Assembly (NCBI RefSeq): GCF_009914755.1
Contig: NC_060938.1
Reading direction: 5' to 3' (one strand)
From: the human T2T-CHM13v2.0 reference genome, Homo sapiens
DNA: 64,000 nucleotides
The position numbers and the translations under genes are program-made. Below, one piece after another: positions 23,961 through 39,890 of the stretch; position 1 is the stretch's first letter; each line of letters starts with the position of its first letter. Below the pieces are notes generated by a model. That model searched no databases. It was not told the DNA's origin and was given only the letters and a program-made list of their open reading frames with translations.

Positions 23961-26789
23961 CCACGAGTTAAGGGGTATTACTTACTCAACCTACTGAAAA
24001 TGAACCCCAAGAATAAATTTTAAAGTTTTAAATTATAAACAGAAATGAATAAGTAAAGTCAGAAAAAGAACATTTTTTGTGACAAAAACTCTTCAACATA
24101 GAAGTTTCAGTGAATGTGATGGAGTCTGAAAAATGATCAAAAGTGTTGAAAGATAATGAACATCAGTAAAATGGAGATAATGAACACTGATCATTCAGTA
24201 TCAAAGTTTGCCAGTGAAAAGATGGAACAATTTTAAGATGGTTGATCAAAAATATTTCAAAGGAAAATATTTGCTTTAAATCTTATTTTCTACTTTTTTT
24301 GAAGTAGATTGGAGGGCAAAAAACATACAACCAAAGGAGAATAAAAAACTGGATGTGGTTGGAATTGGTAAGTGTGAATGAAAATTTCTTGGAACTTATT
24401 CTTACTTTGTCCATGTTCCATATTAAGATGTCTCTGCCCCAGCACTCCACTGAGGCTACTCCTCTTTGGGCAGGAACCCTTGCACAGAATTCCCCTCCCG
24501 TTGACTTACCAGTCATATCTATGGCTGAGCTGAAGCTTACTGACTTGTTCATATTTGAAGATATAAATTGAGTTTTAATTACTATTCAGCTAATACGTTC
24601 TTTTAAAAAATAGTATTTGTATTTTGAAGAGAGGTAGAAAAGTCCTGCTCTGAAAAAAATGATTCTCTAATGGGAATTTAAGGCCTTCGGGAAAGCAGGC
24701 CAGTATGAAGGGAACATGTTTTACTAGAAGGTAGAGAGTGCAGGAGGACTTCCAAAAATTTCATAACATATGAGATGGGCAACTTCTTATTCTACAAGGT
24801 TCAGAGACCTCATCTATTTCACCCCTTTACAGTTACCAATTCCATGTCATCTATTTTCTGTGTCCTATTGTCTGGTTGTATCAGGAATTGGGTAGGCACA
24901 AATGAAAGAATATGTAGTATTAGAAGTCAACCTAAATATCTCAAGTCAATAGAAATAGCATTTAGAGATAAAAGTCCTGTTTTTGTATTTAAGTTAAACT
25001 ACATATAAAATATTTTATCCCCTTACGTAGAAAAAGAAATTCCAATCTTTTGCTACATTTCTCATGAAGCTTGATATAAAAGAAGGAAGAAGTTTAAAAA
25101 TAATGGTAGTTGATCTGTTTTCTGATTTTACAGCATTTTGTGTGCTTTACGATGTCTCAAGCTTCCTTTGAATTAATATAGAATATGCAAATCAGAATTT
25201 AAAACTATGTGAAATTCAGAGTACAGTCACACAGTTGCATAAAAATCCCAATTAAATATAATTAGTATCTGCTTTGGTATATCAAGCAATACCAGAAAAC
25301 AATATATTTTGAGTTCTTACATATTTTATTACTTAAATATTTATTTTCAAATAAAGAACAATGAGCATTTTTAATCCAAAATAACTTAGTCCATGGAAAC
25401 CATTGGACTGGTGGTTTATATTTCATGTTCTATCTTAATATTTTATTCTATTGCCTTGATTTTTTGAAGTTGTTGTTTGTGAAAATATCTGGCTATGACT
25501 GCACACACGAAAAGTTTGTCACAGCTTTTCCTCAATCCTCAACTCTTCTCCCTCAAATAAAACACAAGGAGAGAAAAAACTGCTCAATTTGGTTATCTGG
25601 GCTCTCACAACACCACATATATGGTGTTAGTCCCTTAAACCCAGCAAACTGTTCATGCATAAAAAAAACAATATTCTCCAAGTGCAGAGGGTCAAGTAGT
25701 GCAAAGATACTTAAAATGATACAGAAGGCCCATGTCTCTACTACCAAAAGAAAAATTACTGAACTGCTGTTTGCAATGCTCTGTTTTTGTATGTAACTTT
25801 TCTTGGCAACAGATGCAATATTTATAGTAAAGTCTATCACCGTTTATTAATGTTATACATTAGAGTTATTTGCTACTCTAAAAATGATATGCTAAAATAT
25901 GCCAAAGCATTTTCAAATAAAACAAGAAAAATGAACTGATGATTTATTAATTGCATTTCATTGTTTCATAATAGAACGTGATAAACCTTGAATAAAACAA
26001 TGTAAACATATCGATTCCATTTAGCATAATTGTGCTAAAACCATTTATAATGAAGTCTCCAGAGAGTTCTTTCAACTTCATTTTTTGGAAAATTGTGAGA
26101 TTTCTTTTCTCTTTCTTTCCTTCCTTCTGTCATTTTTAAAAATAGTTACTTTCCAGTAATTCATAGACAAGCAGAACAAGAGCACAGAAAAATCCTGAAT
26201 GTGCGTATGTCCATAGTAATGATAAACAACTTGTTGATTGGGATCTTACAATTAAATGTGATTTTGAAAAACATATTACAGGTATAGTTTATCTTGTATG
26301 GTAAATTTGATGTAAGACAAAATTAGTTAAAGGACTAGTATCAAAGTTTTAATAACAGATTGTTAAAATAGATGCATTATTAAATGTATACCAATGATTC
26401 TGCTTGCCAAAAGAAGCAATTCCACCTCGTTTTATATACTATATTTTTAATGATTGCATAATAATCCTCAGCTTTGAGGAGCTGATATATGTGAGAACAC
26501 CCAACAACTCTGTAGCTGAGTTAAATATAGGACCTGTGGGTTTTATCTGTGTTAAAGACACATGGAGCAAGAGATGCACATTTACATAAAATGTATCTTT
26601 TAAAGGCCATACATTTTGTGCACACCTGTTTGTGTTCCTGATAGTTCTGAGACTCTTCAGCAGGTGCACTTCATCGTTAATGAGAAGGACCGGTTTATTT
26701 TAATACTAAGAAGAAGAGAGTAGAAACAGTGAGGAGAGGGTAAAAGAGGAAATGGGCTTAATTGCTTATGAAAATGCCATATTTAAGAA

Positions 26790-27900
26790 ATCAGTATCTC
26801 CTATAAGTAGTGAGAAAGTGGACTGCTTAATTAACAAGATGGCTAGACAAGAGTAGCCACTTGGAAAACAATAAAAGTGAATTGACTCTTTACATCATAT
26901 ATCAGGATACATTCCAAAAGGATCTGAGAGTTGAGTGTTAAAAAATAAAATAAAATAAAACAAGTGCTAAAAGAAAACATGGATTGATTGCCCTATAATT
27001 TGTGTCTGGGGAAAACTTTCGTAACTGTGATTTTAAATACAGAGGAAAAATGACAGATCTTATTAAATTTTTAAGAATGTTTTACAAGGAAAAAATATCA
27101 TAAGCAAAAAAGAACAACTGGGGAAATTGTTTGCAATTATATTACAGGCAAAGGGCTAATATTTTAATATATAATGAACTTATAATAACAGAGAAGAAAC
27201 ACACCAACAATCAATCCTAAATGTTCTGTGGCTATGAAAAATGTTCAAATTTTCTTACAGTAAGAGAATATAGTGTAAGACCATTTCTCACCTATCAGAA
27301 TGGACATAATACAAAAGTTTGATGACACTACCTGTAAGTGAGCCTGTTGGGAAACAGATACTCTAATATATTGCAGGTAAGAATGCAAACTATAATAACT
27401 TCTATGGATAGAAACCGGTAATATTTAATTGAATTTCATATATATTTACCTTTTGACCTAGCAATTTCATTTCTAGGAAACTATCCCAAAATATGCTGGT
27501 AAATATGCAAATGGTGATTTATTAAAACACTTTTTGCAATAGCAAAAAATTTAAAAAAAAGTCCGTCACATGGGGAACTGCTTGAATAAACCATGTATAT
27601 CAACACAATGGAGGAATTAAAAACAGTGAAAACTAATGAGGACTATTCTCCATATACTATTATGGAGAAATGTCAGGTGAAAAAATATCAAGGGGGTAAA
27701 CAAGGTGTATGGTGTGTCACTGTTTATCTAAGAAAGGGAATATATGAATATGTACATATTTAAATTCTATCATATTTACATTACAATATCATGGAAATAT
27801 AACATTTACATTATATAATAATAAAATATATATACTGTAAAAATAAGCATCAAACTAAATATATAAAATTTCTCTAGAAGAGGAAGGGGTAGATAGAGAG
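26790..27900 (+). mobile_element. Old L1M (L1ME/MC-like) 3' fragment
   Basis: CCATTTCTCACCTATCAGA.TGG...CCTTTTGACCTAGCAATTTCATTTCTAGGAA...TTGAATAAACCATG. Confidence 0.75.
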
Positions 27901-28181
27901 GGCAGATTCTGAAACAGTGAACAATATAGTATCAATGTATGCTCTTAGACCCTTGTCCTTAACTACAATTTCTGACTAAATACCAAAAAGCAATTTACTA
28001 TCAAAGCCTATTCAGATGATCTCCAATGGACTCAGGAAAAATATTAAATGGCTATTACTGGCCAAATGATATTCAATGGATATCATTATTCATAATATAT
28101 TCATATTCATAAATATAATGTCTGCCATTAATTGAAACACATGAAATATGTTTACATCCACCACTTTGTGTTGATTTAAAC

Positions 28182-28212
28182 AAGGAAGGAAGGAAGGAAG
28201 GAAGGGAGGGAA
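28182..28212. repeat. Short (GGAA)n tract
   Basis: AAGGAAGGAAGGAAGGAAGGAAGGGAGGGAA. Confidence 0.9.
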
Positions 28213-28255
28213 ATGGGGGAAAAAACTCTTACTGTACTTTGGAAGACACTAATGA

Positions 28256-28735
<480 letters not shown>

Positions 28736-28921
28736 TAAAGCTAATAAATAAGGGAAGGGATGAAGGAATTATCCTTCTTTATTTTCACCTAAGAAAGATA
28801 TATTTGTTAAATTGCACCCTTGAAATTTTGGTTAAAACTCTACAGCTCTAAAAAAAAAAAAAAAAAAAAGATGAGAATTAATGACTTAAGCATGCCACTA
28901 AAGTTAGAAAAACAAAAATTA

Positions 28922-29953
28922 CTGGTTCTAAATCCTTGCGGAATCACCACACTGTCTTCCACAATGGTTGAACTAATTTACATTCCCACCAATAGTGTAA
29001 AAGTGTTCCTATTTCTCCACATCCTCTCCTGCATCTGTTGTTTCCTGCCTTTTTAATGATTGCCATTCTAACTGGCATGAGGTGGCATCTCATTGTGGTT
29101 TTGATTTGCATTTCTCTAATGACCAGTGCTGATGAGCTTTTTTTCATATGTTTGTTGGCTTCATGAATGTCTTCTTTTGAGAAGTGTTTGTTCATATCCT
29201 TCGCCTACTTTTTGATAGGGTGTTTGTTTTTTTCTTTAAATTTGTTTAAGTTCTTTGTAGATTCTGGATATTAGCCCTTTGTCAGATAGATATATTGCAA
29301 AATTTTCTCCCATTCTGTAGGTTGCCTGTTCACTCTGATGATAGTTTCTTATGCTGTGAAGAAGCCCTTTAGTTTAATTAGATCCCATTTGTCAAGTTTG
29401 GCTTTTGTTGCCATTGCCTTTTGTGTTTTAGTCCATTACTGGGTATATACCCAAAGGATTATAAATCATTCTACTATAAGTACACATGCACACGTAGGTT
29501 TATTGCAGCACTGTTCACAATAGCAAGGGCATTTGGAACCAACCCAAATGCCCATCAATGATAGACTGGATAAAGAAAATGTGGTACATATACACCATGG
29601 AATACTATGCATCCATAAAAAAGAATGAGTTTAGATCCTTTGCGGGGACATGGATGAAGCTGGAAACCATCATTCTCAGCAAGCTGATACAGGAACAGAA
29701 AACCAAACACCACACGTTCTCACTCCTAAGTGGGAGTTGAACAATGAGAACACATGGACACAGGGAGGGAAACATCACACACCGAGGCCTGTCAGGGGGT
29801 GGGGGCTAGGGGAGGGGTAGCATTAGGAGAAATACAGATGACAGATTGATGGGTGCAACAAACCACCATGGCGCATGCATACCTATGTAACAAGCCTGCA
29901 CGTTCTGCACATGTATCCCAGAACTTAAAGTATAATATACAAAAAAAAGAAAA
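28922..29953 (+). mobile_element. L1PA7/8-like, 5'-truncated with 5' inversion (twin priming)
   Basis: 28922-29433 is antisense ORF2 (minus ORF 'MNKHFSKED...RCRRGCGE'). 29434-29953 is sense ORF2 end, 3'UTR and polyA. TSD AGAAAAA(C/G)AAAAATTA at 28906-28921 and 29954-29969. Confidence 0.93.
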
Positions 29954-31119
29954 AGAAAAAGAAAAATTAAATGCATGGAGAGTTGAAGGAGATAATAAAT
30001 CTAAAACCCAAAACCTCCAAAAAATTAAAAAAAAAATAAAAAAAAAGATACATTAGAGATGATCTACACTGCAGGGACAAAACTTTTCAGTAATAAAAAT
30101 AAAATGAAAGGACTAATAATAATGGCCAGAAAAGACACACAGGCAGTAAATATTTTATTTCGATGATGTTATACATATATATAAAATCAGGCCAGTAGAA
30201 AAATAGTGAAAATAAATATTATGGCATAAAAAAGGAAAAAAGTAGTGAAGCAATGCTTTTGAATTACATTGATAAATTTTATTGAAAAAAGAAAAAAACT
30301 TGTACTTATGGATTTTGCTGCAGTAATGAAAAACATTACAGTTAATAACAAGGAGCAATTAAAATTTAAAAGATGACATTTAAAAAGGAGAATAAATTTT
30401 TACTTTAGAGGTATTATCAAATTCCATGTAACATTTCAGGTTTAAATGAAAATTTTTCACTTCACAAAAGTAATCTTACACCTAGCACTTCACACTTTAC
30501 TTCACTGTTTAAAACTTTAAACAAAATAAGAACTCCAAGTGTAACCTAGAATGACAGAAATGAAATAACTTGAGCTCTATGTCTTATCATTATTTATCTT
30601 GAACCTGCTGTATAACAGGAATATGTAAACCATTGCAATTGGGAGCACAAACTGTCTGAAATAAGATGTAATAATTCTAAACTCTTATGAATCTACTCTC
30701 CAAATGGAGTCATTTAACTAAATCTACATGTGTCACAGGTAGACTGTACAGAGTTACTCCATTACCTTCCAGGCCAAATACAATGTTGAATAATGCAAAT
30801 AGTAAGCACATAGTAATTTGAAATTTTCTGTGTTTTTGAAATTCAACAGTAACCACAGCAATCATTTAGATGGTAGGACAACAAAGCAATTTTTAATAGA
30901 GGAGTATTTTATCACTGATTTTGTTTAGGATTGCCAGTCCATGATGATAATAAAAAGCACACCAACTTTTAGTCAGTTTTATCGTAGTGTTTTATCCTCT
31001 ACACACCATGCTTTCTCTTGTATCCAGGCGAGACCACTCCCACTACCCCATTTACTGTATGCTGCTGCCGTAGATAATAATACTTTACGAACTAGTAAAA
31101 TGGAAAAATAAATTTCACA

Positions 31120-33306
31120 AAGTGAAGGCACAAATAAATAATATTGGGAATAAAAAAGATAGATACAACTATATATATCTCATAGCAGTTAAAAAGATAG
31201 CAATACTCTGAACTGCATGACAATAAATTTGAAAATTTAAATGAAATGAAAAATACCCCAGTAAAATACAGCTTCTGAAAACTAAGAAAGAAAAAGAATG
31301 CTTTAATAGGAAGTTAAATTAAATGCTAATTTTTTCACACTAATCATTCAGGGTTAATGACAATTTATGCCAAATCTTCAAAGTACTAGTCACTCCAGTC
31401 TTCAGCTAACTTTTTCAGAAGTTTCAAAAGGAGGAGAAACCTCCCAGGTCACTCCCTGGGATCGGTATAACTTTGAAACCAAAATCATCAGTATAAGAAA
31501 AAGAAAAGGATTGTATTATTTGTGAATATAAATGCAAAATACTAACAAACTGAATATAGAGGTGTATAAGAAAATGTATCATGAACAAGTAGAATTTATC
31601 CCAATATAAGAATTATTTGGCCATAAGGAAAATATCCCTACTATCATATGCAAAAATGTTTTAATAAAATTCAACATGCATTTATGATTTTTAAAAATAC
31701 ACTTAGCAAACTAAAAATAAGAGATAACTTCCTTAAAAGGTACTACTATGGTTTGAATATTTATCCCCTCCAAAACTCATGTTGAAATTTAATCCCCAAT
31801 GTGACAGTATTGAGAGGTGGGGCCTTTAACGGATGACTGGCTCTTCTTTTTAATTCTTAATTTTTGTGGGTACATAGCCAGTGTACATATTAGATCATGA
31901 GGGCAAAGCCCTCACGAATGGATTAATCCATTTATTGATTATTAATGGGTTAATCAATTAATAGGTTGTCATGGGAGTGCCACTCGTGACTTTATAAGAA
32001 GAGCAGATACCTGAGCTAGCACACACAGCCCCTTCACCATGTGATGCCCTGTACTACCTCAGGACTTTACAGAGTCCCATCAGCAAGAAGGCCTTCACCA
32101 GAGGTGGACCCTTGATGTTGGACTTCTTGGTCCCTGTAACTGTAAAACATACATTACTTTATAAAATAAATTACTCAGTTTCTGGTATTCTGTTGTAAGC
32201 AAGAGAGAACAGAATAAAACAGCTCCCTATAAAAAGCCTATAGAAAATGTCATTTTTTAATATGGAAACTTTGAAAACATACCTTTAAAAATTAGATACA
32301 AGTCAAAAGTGCATGCTATAAGCACACTAATAGATCTTAATAGTAAAGTAATCATTTAAGAAATGAAGCTAAGTACCTGAGAATGGGGGAGGTAGAAACA
32401 AAACTGTCATTATTGGCAGATGGTATGATTGTCTACATTGAAACCCCCTAAAAAATAACTATGAACAGATTATTAAAAAATAAGTTTAGCAAAGTGAAAA
32501 GACACAAGGTAAATATTCCAAAATCAATTCAAATGTTTTGCATCAGTAACAAAATAATGATAATTAGCTATCATTTACAATAACAAAAATTATATATTAA
32601 TGAGGACAAAATGACAAAACATATTTAAATCCTTTGTGGAGAAAATTATAAAATTTATTGAAAGATCTTAATGAAGACCTAATAAATGGAGAGATATGTT
32701 TATGGATAGAAAAACTTAATATCATAAAGATACAGATTTTCCATATATATATATTCAATGTGACTCATATAAAAATCCCAACAATATTATTTAAAGAAGC
32801 TTCACAAGATGATTTAAAATTTGTTGGAAGAGCAAAGCATCAAGTATAGCCAAAATATTCCTAAACAGGATTAATGTGGAAAATTAACGCAACAAGATTT
32901 CAAGAATTATCATAAATTTCAAGCATTTAGGATAGTTTGATGTTTAAATAATGATAAAAAAAAGAGATCAATGGGGCTAAATAGCCAATGTATAGATACA
33001 TGCTTACACATGGAACTTTAATAGATGATAAATGTGTTATTATAGACCATTGTGAATACAGGATAATGCCCTAAAAGGTGCTCAATTAGTTATTTATGTG
33101 GGAGAAAAAAATTGAATCCAACCTCACACTACACACACACAAAAACAATTCCAAGTGGAACAAGAATTTCAATATGAAAAGTGTAACTTTAACATTTTTA
33201 GATTTAAAATATAGGGAAACAGCTTTATAACTTCAGAATAGGGATAAAAATGAAAACTAGAAAATCCCTAACCATGAAGAATAATACTGATATTTATGAC
33301 TACATT
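31120..33306 (+). mobile_element. Old L1M ORF2 (host of MST and L1PA insertions)
   Basis: AAAACTGTCATTATTGGCAGATGGTATGATTGTCTAC (decayed 'LFADDM'). ORF 32658 'DLNEDL..WIEKLNIIKIQI'. Confidence 0.85.
31744..32221 (+). mobile_element. MSTB2/MSTC-like MaLR LTR containing a ~50-bp antisense L1MA 3' tip
   Basis: TACTATGGTTTGAATA...CCAAAACTCATGTTGAAATTTAATCCCCAATGTG. The insert at ~31843-31890 reads TTTTTAATT..TTTTGTGGGTACATAG. Confidence 0.85.
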
Positions 33307-33320
33307 GAAAGTTTCAACTT

Positions 33321-35074
<1,754 letters not shown>

Positions 35075-35088
35075 GAAAGTTTAAACTT

Positions 35089-35900
35089 ACGTTCATCAAA
35101 AGCCATTCTTAAAGGAGTTGTAAGATTAGCCACGAAATGAGAGACTATAATTTCAACACATGTAATTGACAAAAAGTAGTATCTAAAATGCATACCAGAT
35201 TTTCGATTCCTCTAAAACAAAAACAAAAGTAGGAAAGATATATGAACAGGAATTTCAGAGGATTTGAAATATGTATGGCAATAACCCATGGAAAACGAAA
35301 TGCTATGTCATTATTAATCAGTGCCATGTCAATTAAGTCAAAAATGAGATACTCTTCATACCTACTTTCTTAAAAAAAACAGCAATTCTGGTAGTCCCAA
35401 AAATTGAAGATGTTGTTAATAAGTGGTGATGCTTACATGCTGTTAGGATGGCAAACTACTTTGGATACAATTTTGTATTATTTTGTAAAATTGAACATGT
35501 GCACACGATATTGCACAGCAATTCTACTGCTGAAGAGAATCTCTAGAAACACTTTGGGACACGTATACCAAGAAACAACCATAAGAATATCTACAGTCTC
35601 ACTTGGGAAACAGTAAAACACTGGAAACTACCCAAATGTTTAATGATAGGAGAGTTAATAAATAAATGGCTAAATTAAATTGTTTATGGCAGGGAAAATA
35701 AATTGAACAACCACATGGATGAAACTTTAAAACAGTTTGAATAAACACATTCAATTCCAGGTAACTATTATATATTGTATCATTTTGATAAAGCTTTAAA
35801 AAGTAAACTCTAATAACGTTTTTGGATATTATACATATAATAAAACTGATTTTTATAAAGCAAGGGAACAGTGCTTGCGTATGAGAAAGTAGGCAGTGAG
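35089..35900 (+). mobile_element. Continuation of old L1M 3' end
   Basis: GATATATGAACAGG.ATTTCA...ACAGCAATTCTACT...CTGGAAACTACCCAAATGT. Confidence 0.75.
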
Positions 35901-36801
35901 ATAGGATGGACTGGGAGTGAGGCCATATTCATGATGTTCTAGATGTTACATTGATGTTCTAGTGTAACACTCAATGTAACATCTAGAAGATCATCTTGTT
36001 TTATTTTGTTTTATCATCTTCATGTTATCATCATGCTTTATAATCTTCATATATGTAATTCAGTATTACATTGTTCAAATGGTGAAATACAATTAAGATT
36101 GTAATATATATATAAGAATAAGAAGAAGAAAGAAACGAGGATGGAGGGATAATAACATAAATACTCATCATAACTCTGAACACTTATTGTTTCATTGGGA
36201 AGGAGGAGAGGCAATGAGTACAACTCAGTAATTCCTTCTTGGTCGTAAATTAAACATATGGGAAGGTAGGTTTCAGAGCATTATGATGTCTATTCTTGTT
36301 TAGTATATCACATGGGTTTGCCCTGATTGAAAAATTTTAATAGAAATAGTAGGGGAAAGTTGTTTGTAGAGAAAATAATGTTTAAAAAAATAATATTAGG
36401 AATACAATTTTGGAATAAGAGAAAAGTAAAATATAAATTTTACTAAGGCTCTAGATATAGCCATAATTTACAAGAAATACAGAAGACAGCACTTGTTGAC
36501 ACAATGAGGAAAATAAATGAGGCTCTCCAACAAATAAAATGCATTGTGAAAAAAGGAGCGGAGTAACTCATAGTTTAAAACAACATTGAATCACAATTTA
36601 TGGACAAACGCTAATATATGGACCTTATTTGGATCTTCATTCAAAGTGTTGCAAAAACTTATCAGAAAAGAGGAGGAATTTGAATGCTGGATTTTATCAA
36701 TGATTATTTGATGTATTGTTTGATATATTAGATTTTTACTTTTGATGTATTATATCATTACTATTTAATTATTTAACCTGTGATAATGGTACTGTGATTT
36801 T

Positions 36802-37094
36802 TTTTCTTTTTTGAGACGGAGTCTCGTTCTGTTTCCCAGGCTGGAGTGCAGTGGCGTGATCTCTGGCTCACTGCAACCACCACCTCCTGGGTTCAAGCAA
36901 TTCTCCTGTCTTAACCTCCCAAGTAGCTGGGATTATGGGCACACACCACAACGCTTGGCTAATTTTTGTATTTTTAGTAGAGACAGGGTTTCACTGTGTT
37001 GGCCAGGCTGGTCGTAAACTCATGACCTCAAGTGATCTGCTCGCCTTGGCCTTCCAAGTGTTGGGATTACAGGTGTGAGCCACCGTGCCCAGCC
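36802..37094 (-). mobile_element. AluSx/Sz-like
   Basis: Full Alu on the minus strand. TSD GGT(A/T)CTGTGATTTT. Confidence 0.95.
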
Positions 37095-37196
37095 GGTTCT
37101 GTGATTTTTATGAGACCATAGTTTTTGGACATAAATGCCAATATATTTATGGATGAAATTATAAAATGTTGAGTATTTGCTTAAAAACAATTTTGA

Positions 37197-37500
37197 GGCC
37201 GGGCGTGGTGGCTCACGCTTGTAATCCCAGCACTTTGGGAAGCTGTGGCAGGCTGATCACCAGGTCAGGAGTTCGAGACCAGCCTGACTAACACAGTGAA
37301 ACCCCGTCTCTACTAAAAATACAATAATTAGCTGGGCGTGGTGGTGCATGCCTGTAATCCCAGCTACTCAGGAGGCTGAGGCAGGAGAATCGCTTGAACC
37401 TGGAAAGTGGAGTTTGCAGCGAGCTGAAATCAATGCACTCCAGCCTGGGTGCCTGGGTGACAAAGCTAGACTCCGTCTCAAAAAATAAAAATAAACATAA
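37197..37500 (+). mobile_element. AluS (Sg-like)
   Basis: GGCCGGGCGTGGTGGCTCACG...GACTCCGTCTCAAAAAAT, with a small internal duplication GCCTGGGTGCCTGGGT. Confidence 0.95.
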
Positions 37501-39519
37501 AAAACTGAGAAGTAGATAGGAACATAAATGCCACAAATTGGCCCTGAATTTATATTCATGGAAGTTGGGGATGAGTGCATGGAGATTCTTTATACTGTTC
37601 TCTCAACATGTGGATATGTTGGAATTTTTCATCGTAACATGCTAAAATGAAAAGTAAAATATATATTTGCGTGTATACTACCTATCCCATTCGTTTCTCA
37701 TAATAACATTGAAGAAAGCAGAGTGCTGTTTACTCTCTGTTTGTTCGTTTGTTTTCACAAGAAGAACCTATAGAATCTAAGAGACTCATAAGTCAGATTT
37801 AAACTAAGGCAGAGATGGGATCACAATTCAGAGGCTACAGATTTTATCCAATATCTGTATACTACCTCTGAATCCATAGAATTTTATGTTGCTGCTAGGT
37901 GAAGTTCCACATCATCATTATTTATAAATGAGATAAGCACTCACAAAATGCAATGCATTCTTAGACGTATAAATGGGAGTGTGTCATAACCTTGTAAACA
38001 AGTCCTAAAAATGAGCCCGCCTCTTGAGGTGTTTTCTTTTATCATCACACTCTCCACAAGCAAAACACGTGCCAAAAATTAAATGAACTTCAGTGTTGTT
38101 TGGTTAATAATTTATCTGAAAAAATAAATAAAGTTATTATTTCTAAAAGGAGTGTGCTATTTAAATTAATGTAGCAATTTTGGCACCATCTTCTGGTGCC
38201 AAGTTAAACCTTGGATTCTGTGTGATTTCATCCACAGTCTCAAAAAGGCTCATGTCCTAGGGCAGAAGAAAGGAAAAGGAGACTAGGGTAAGACACAACA
38301 TTTGATGGGGATGGTGGAGTGGGGAGATGGAAATTAAGTACTCTGTTTTAAATGGCTCAATGTGGCTTCTTTTGCAAAATATAAAGATAGCTTGGTATGA
38401 AAACTTATTTCTCTTTATCTCTATTTGGCAGAAATAAATACGCCTATGTTTACAAAAGTATGTCTATGCGAGACTGAAATTTTTATGTTACCAAAAGTAC
38501 TAAAAGCCACATAGCTACAGAAATGTTACAGAAATGTAACAGAAAGCCAGATGCAAAACAACAATAACTTAAAAACAAAAACAAAATAAAACTGTTAACA
38601 GAACATTTGAGACTTTTGTTATTTTCTCTTATACATTAGTTACTTCCTGAAAGCTTGGTTTCATGTTAGTTTATCTTGGTCTTTCAATATAGTTTGGAAA
38701 TATATCCTATTTTGTGGTTAAAACTAATAACTCTACTTTTCATCAACCCAAGCCTGGTTCTGTAAAGCATTTTTAAATTTCAAAGTTAATTGAGCTTCAG
38801 AACAAAGTCGTGCATAGAATTCTAATTTGCAGTGGAGAATCTGCATCATGCCTGATGATGTCTCCCTGGAGACAAAGCATCAGGTAGTTTTGTCAATCAA
38901 ATCAAAGTCATCATGTTCCCTTCTAATTTATTACAGTTATTTATATGTTTACTTATGTCTTCAAGGGAGATTTGATTATGAATTATTTACTGTTGTTATT
39001 CACTTGTAATGCACCAATCACCACATCGAGACCAATTTAGGAATGATGTCTGCAAATTTCCAGATAAAGAGTACTAGGCAATTTATGTGATAAACTAATG
39101 ATACTGTGAAAAAAAAAAAAGGAAATTGTTCTACATGAAATTCTGGTTATTATTTTTCTGAAATTATTAAGTTACTCTTTTAACAAGACATTCTTACGGA
39201 AAACAAAAAAGGGGGACACATAAAAGAGAGGTAATGTGAATTGGAGGGTCATAAGATCATGACAAGTACAGAAAATAAATGTGGTTAAGGAAGTGGATGA
39301 ATTGGAAGTATGAGAGGGAAATATTGGAATTAAGAATTTTAAGGCTTTTACTATTCCAGGTGACACCAAATCCAATGTATTGAAGAGGCTGACTGGAGTC
39401 TATAGTGCTGAGAGTTAGTAAGTTGTTCGCTAGAGTTCAAAAGTGTTATATGCATGGACAAGAAGTTCAGATCATTGTGGAGGATAAAAAGGGTGAATCA
39501 GTTGCCAGAATCCTTTCTC

Positions 39520-39890
39520 ATGAACCTGTGCATTTACAAAGGCTGTTTCTTCTGCCTAGAATATCTTTACAACCACCTATTTTCCTGTCACACTCCTATG
39601 CCTTTTTCAAGCACCAGCTCAGATCTCAACCAGTCTATGAATCATTGCCTATGAATCATGTCACATTAATTCTTCCAAGCTCTCTGATCTTATAGCATTT
39701 TGTTCTCACCTTGGTTATAGCATTTAACAGATTAAGTTGTATCTATATTTTTACAAATGCATTTCTCCATTACACTATGAACTTCTCAATGGTAGCCAGC
39801 AGGTCACATTCTCTGCTGTCACCTTCATAGCATCCATAGTGCCTGCCATATAGCCAGTTCACTATATTATGTTTGTTGAGTTAAATAATG
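39520..39890 (+). mobile_element. L2 3' fragment
   Basis: TTCTGCCTAGAAT...CAGCTCAGAT...ATAGTGCCTG.CATATAG...GTTTGTTGAGT. Confidence 0.7.

Larger units (their letters stand above)
36470..37650 (+). mobile_element. L1MC-like 3' end, split by two Alus
   Basis: TGGACCTTATTTGGATC...GTGATAATGGTA.TGTG...ATATTTATGGATGAAATTATA...TTATACTGTTCTCTCAAC. Confidence 0.65.

Noticed and set aside
25425-25840. 123-aa and 95-aa antiparallel ORFs in unique DNA
   Set aside because: No recognisable domain or splice structure. The length is within chance expectation for 64 kb in six frames.
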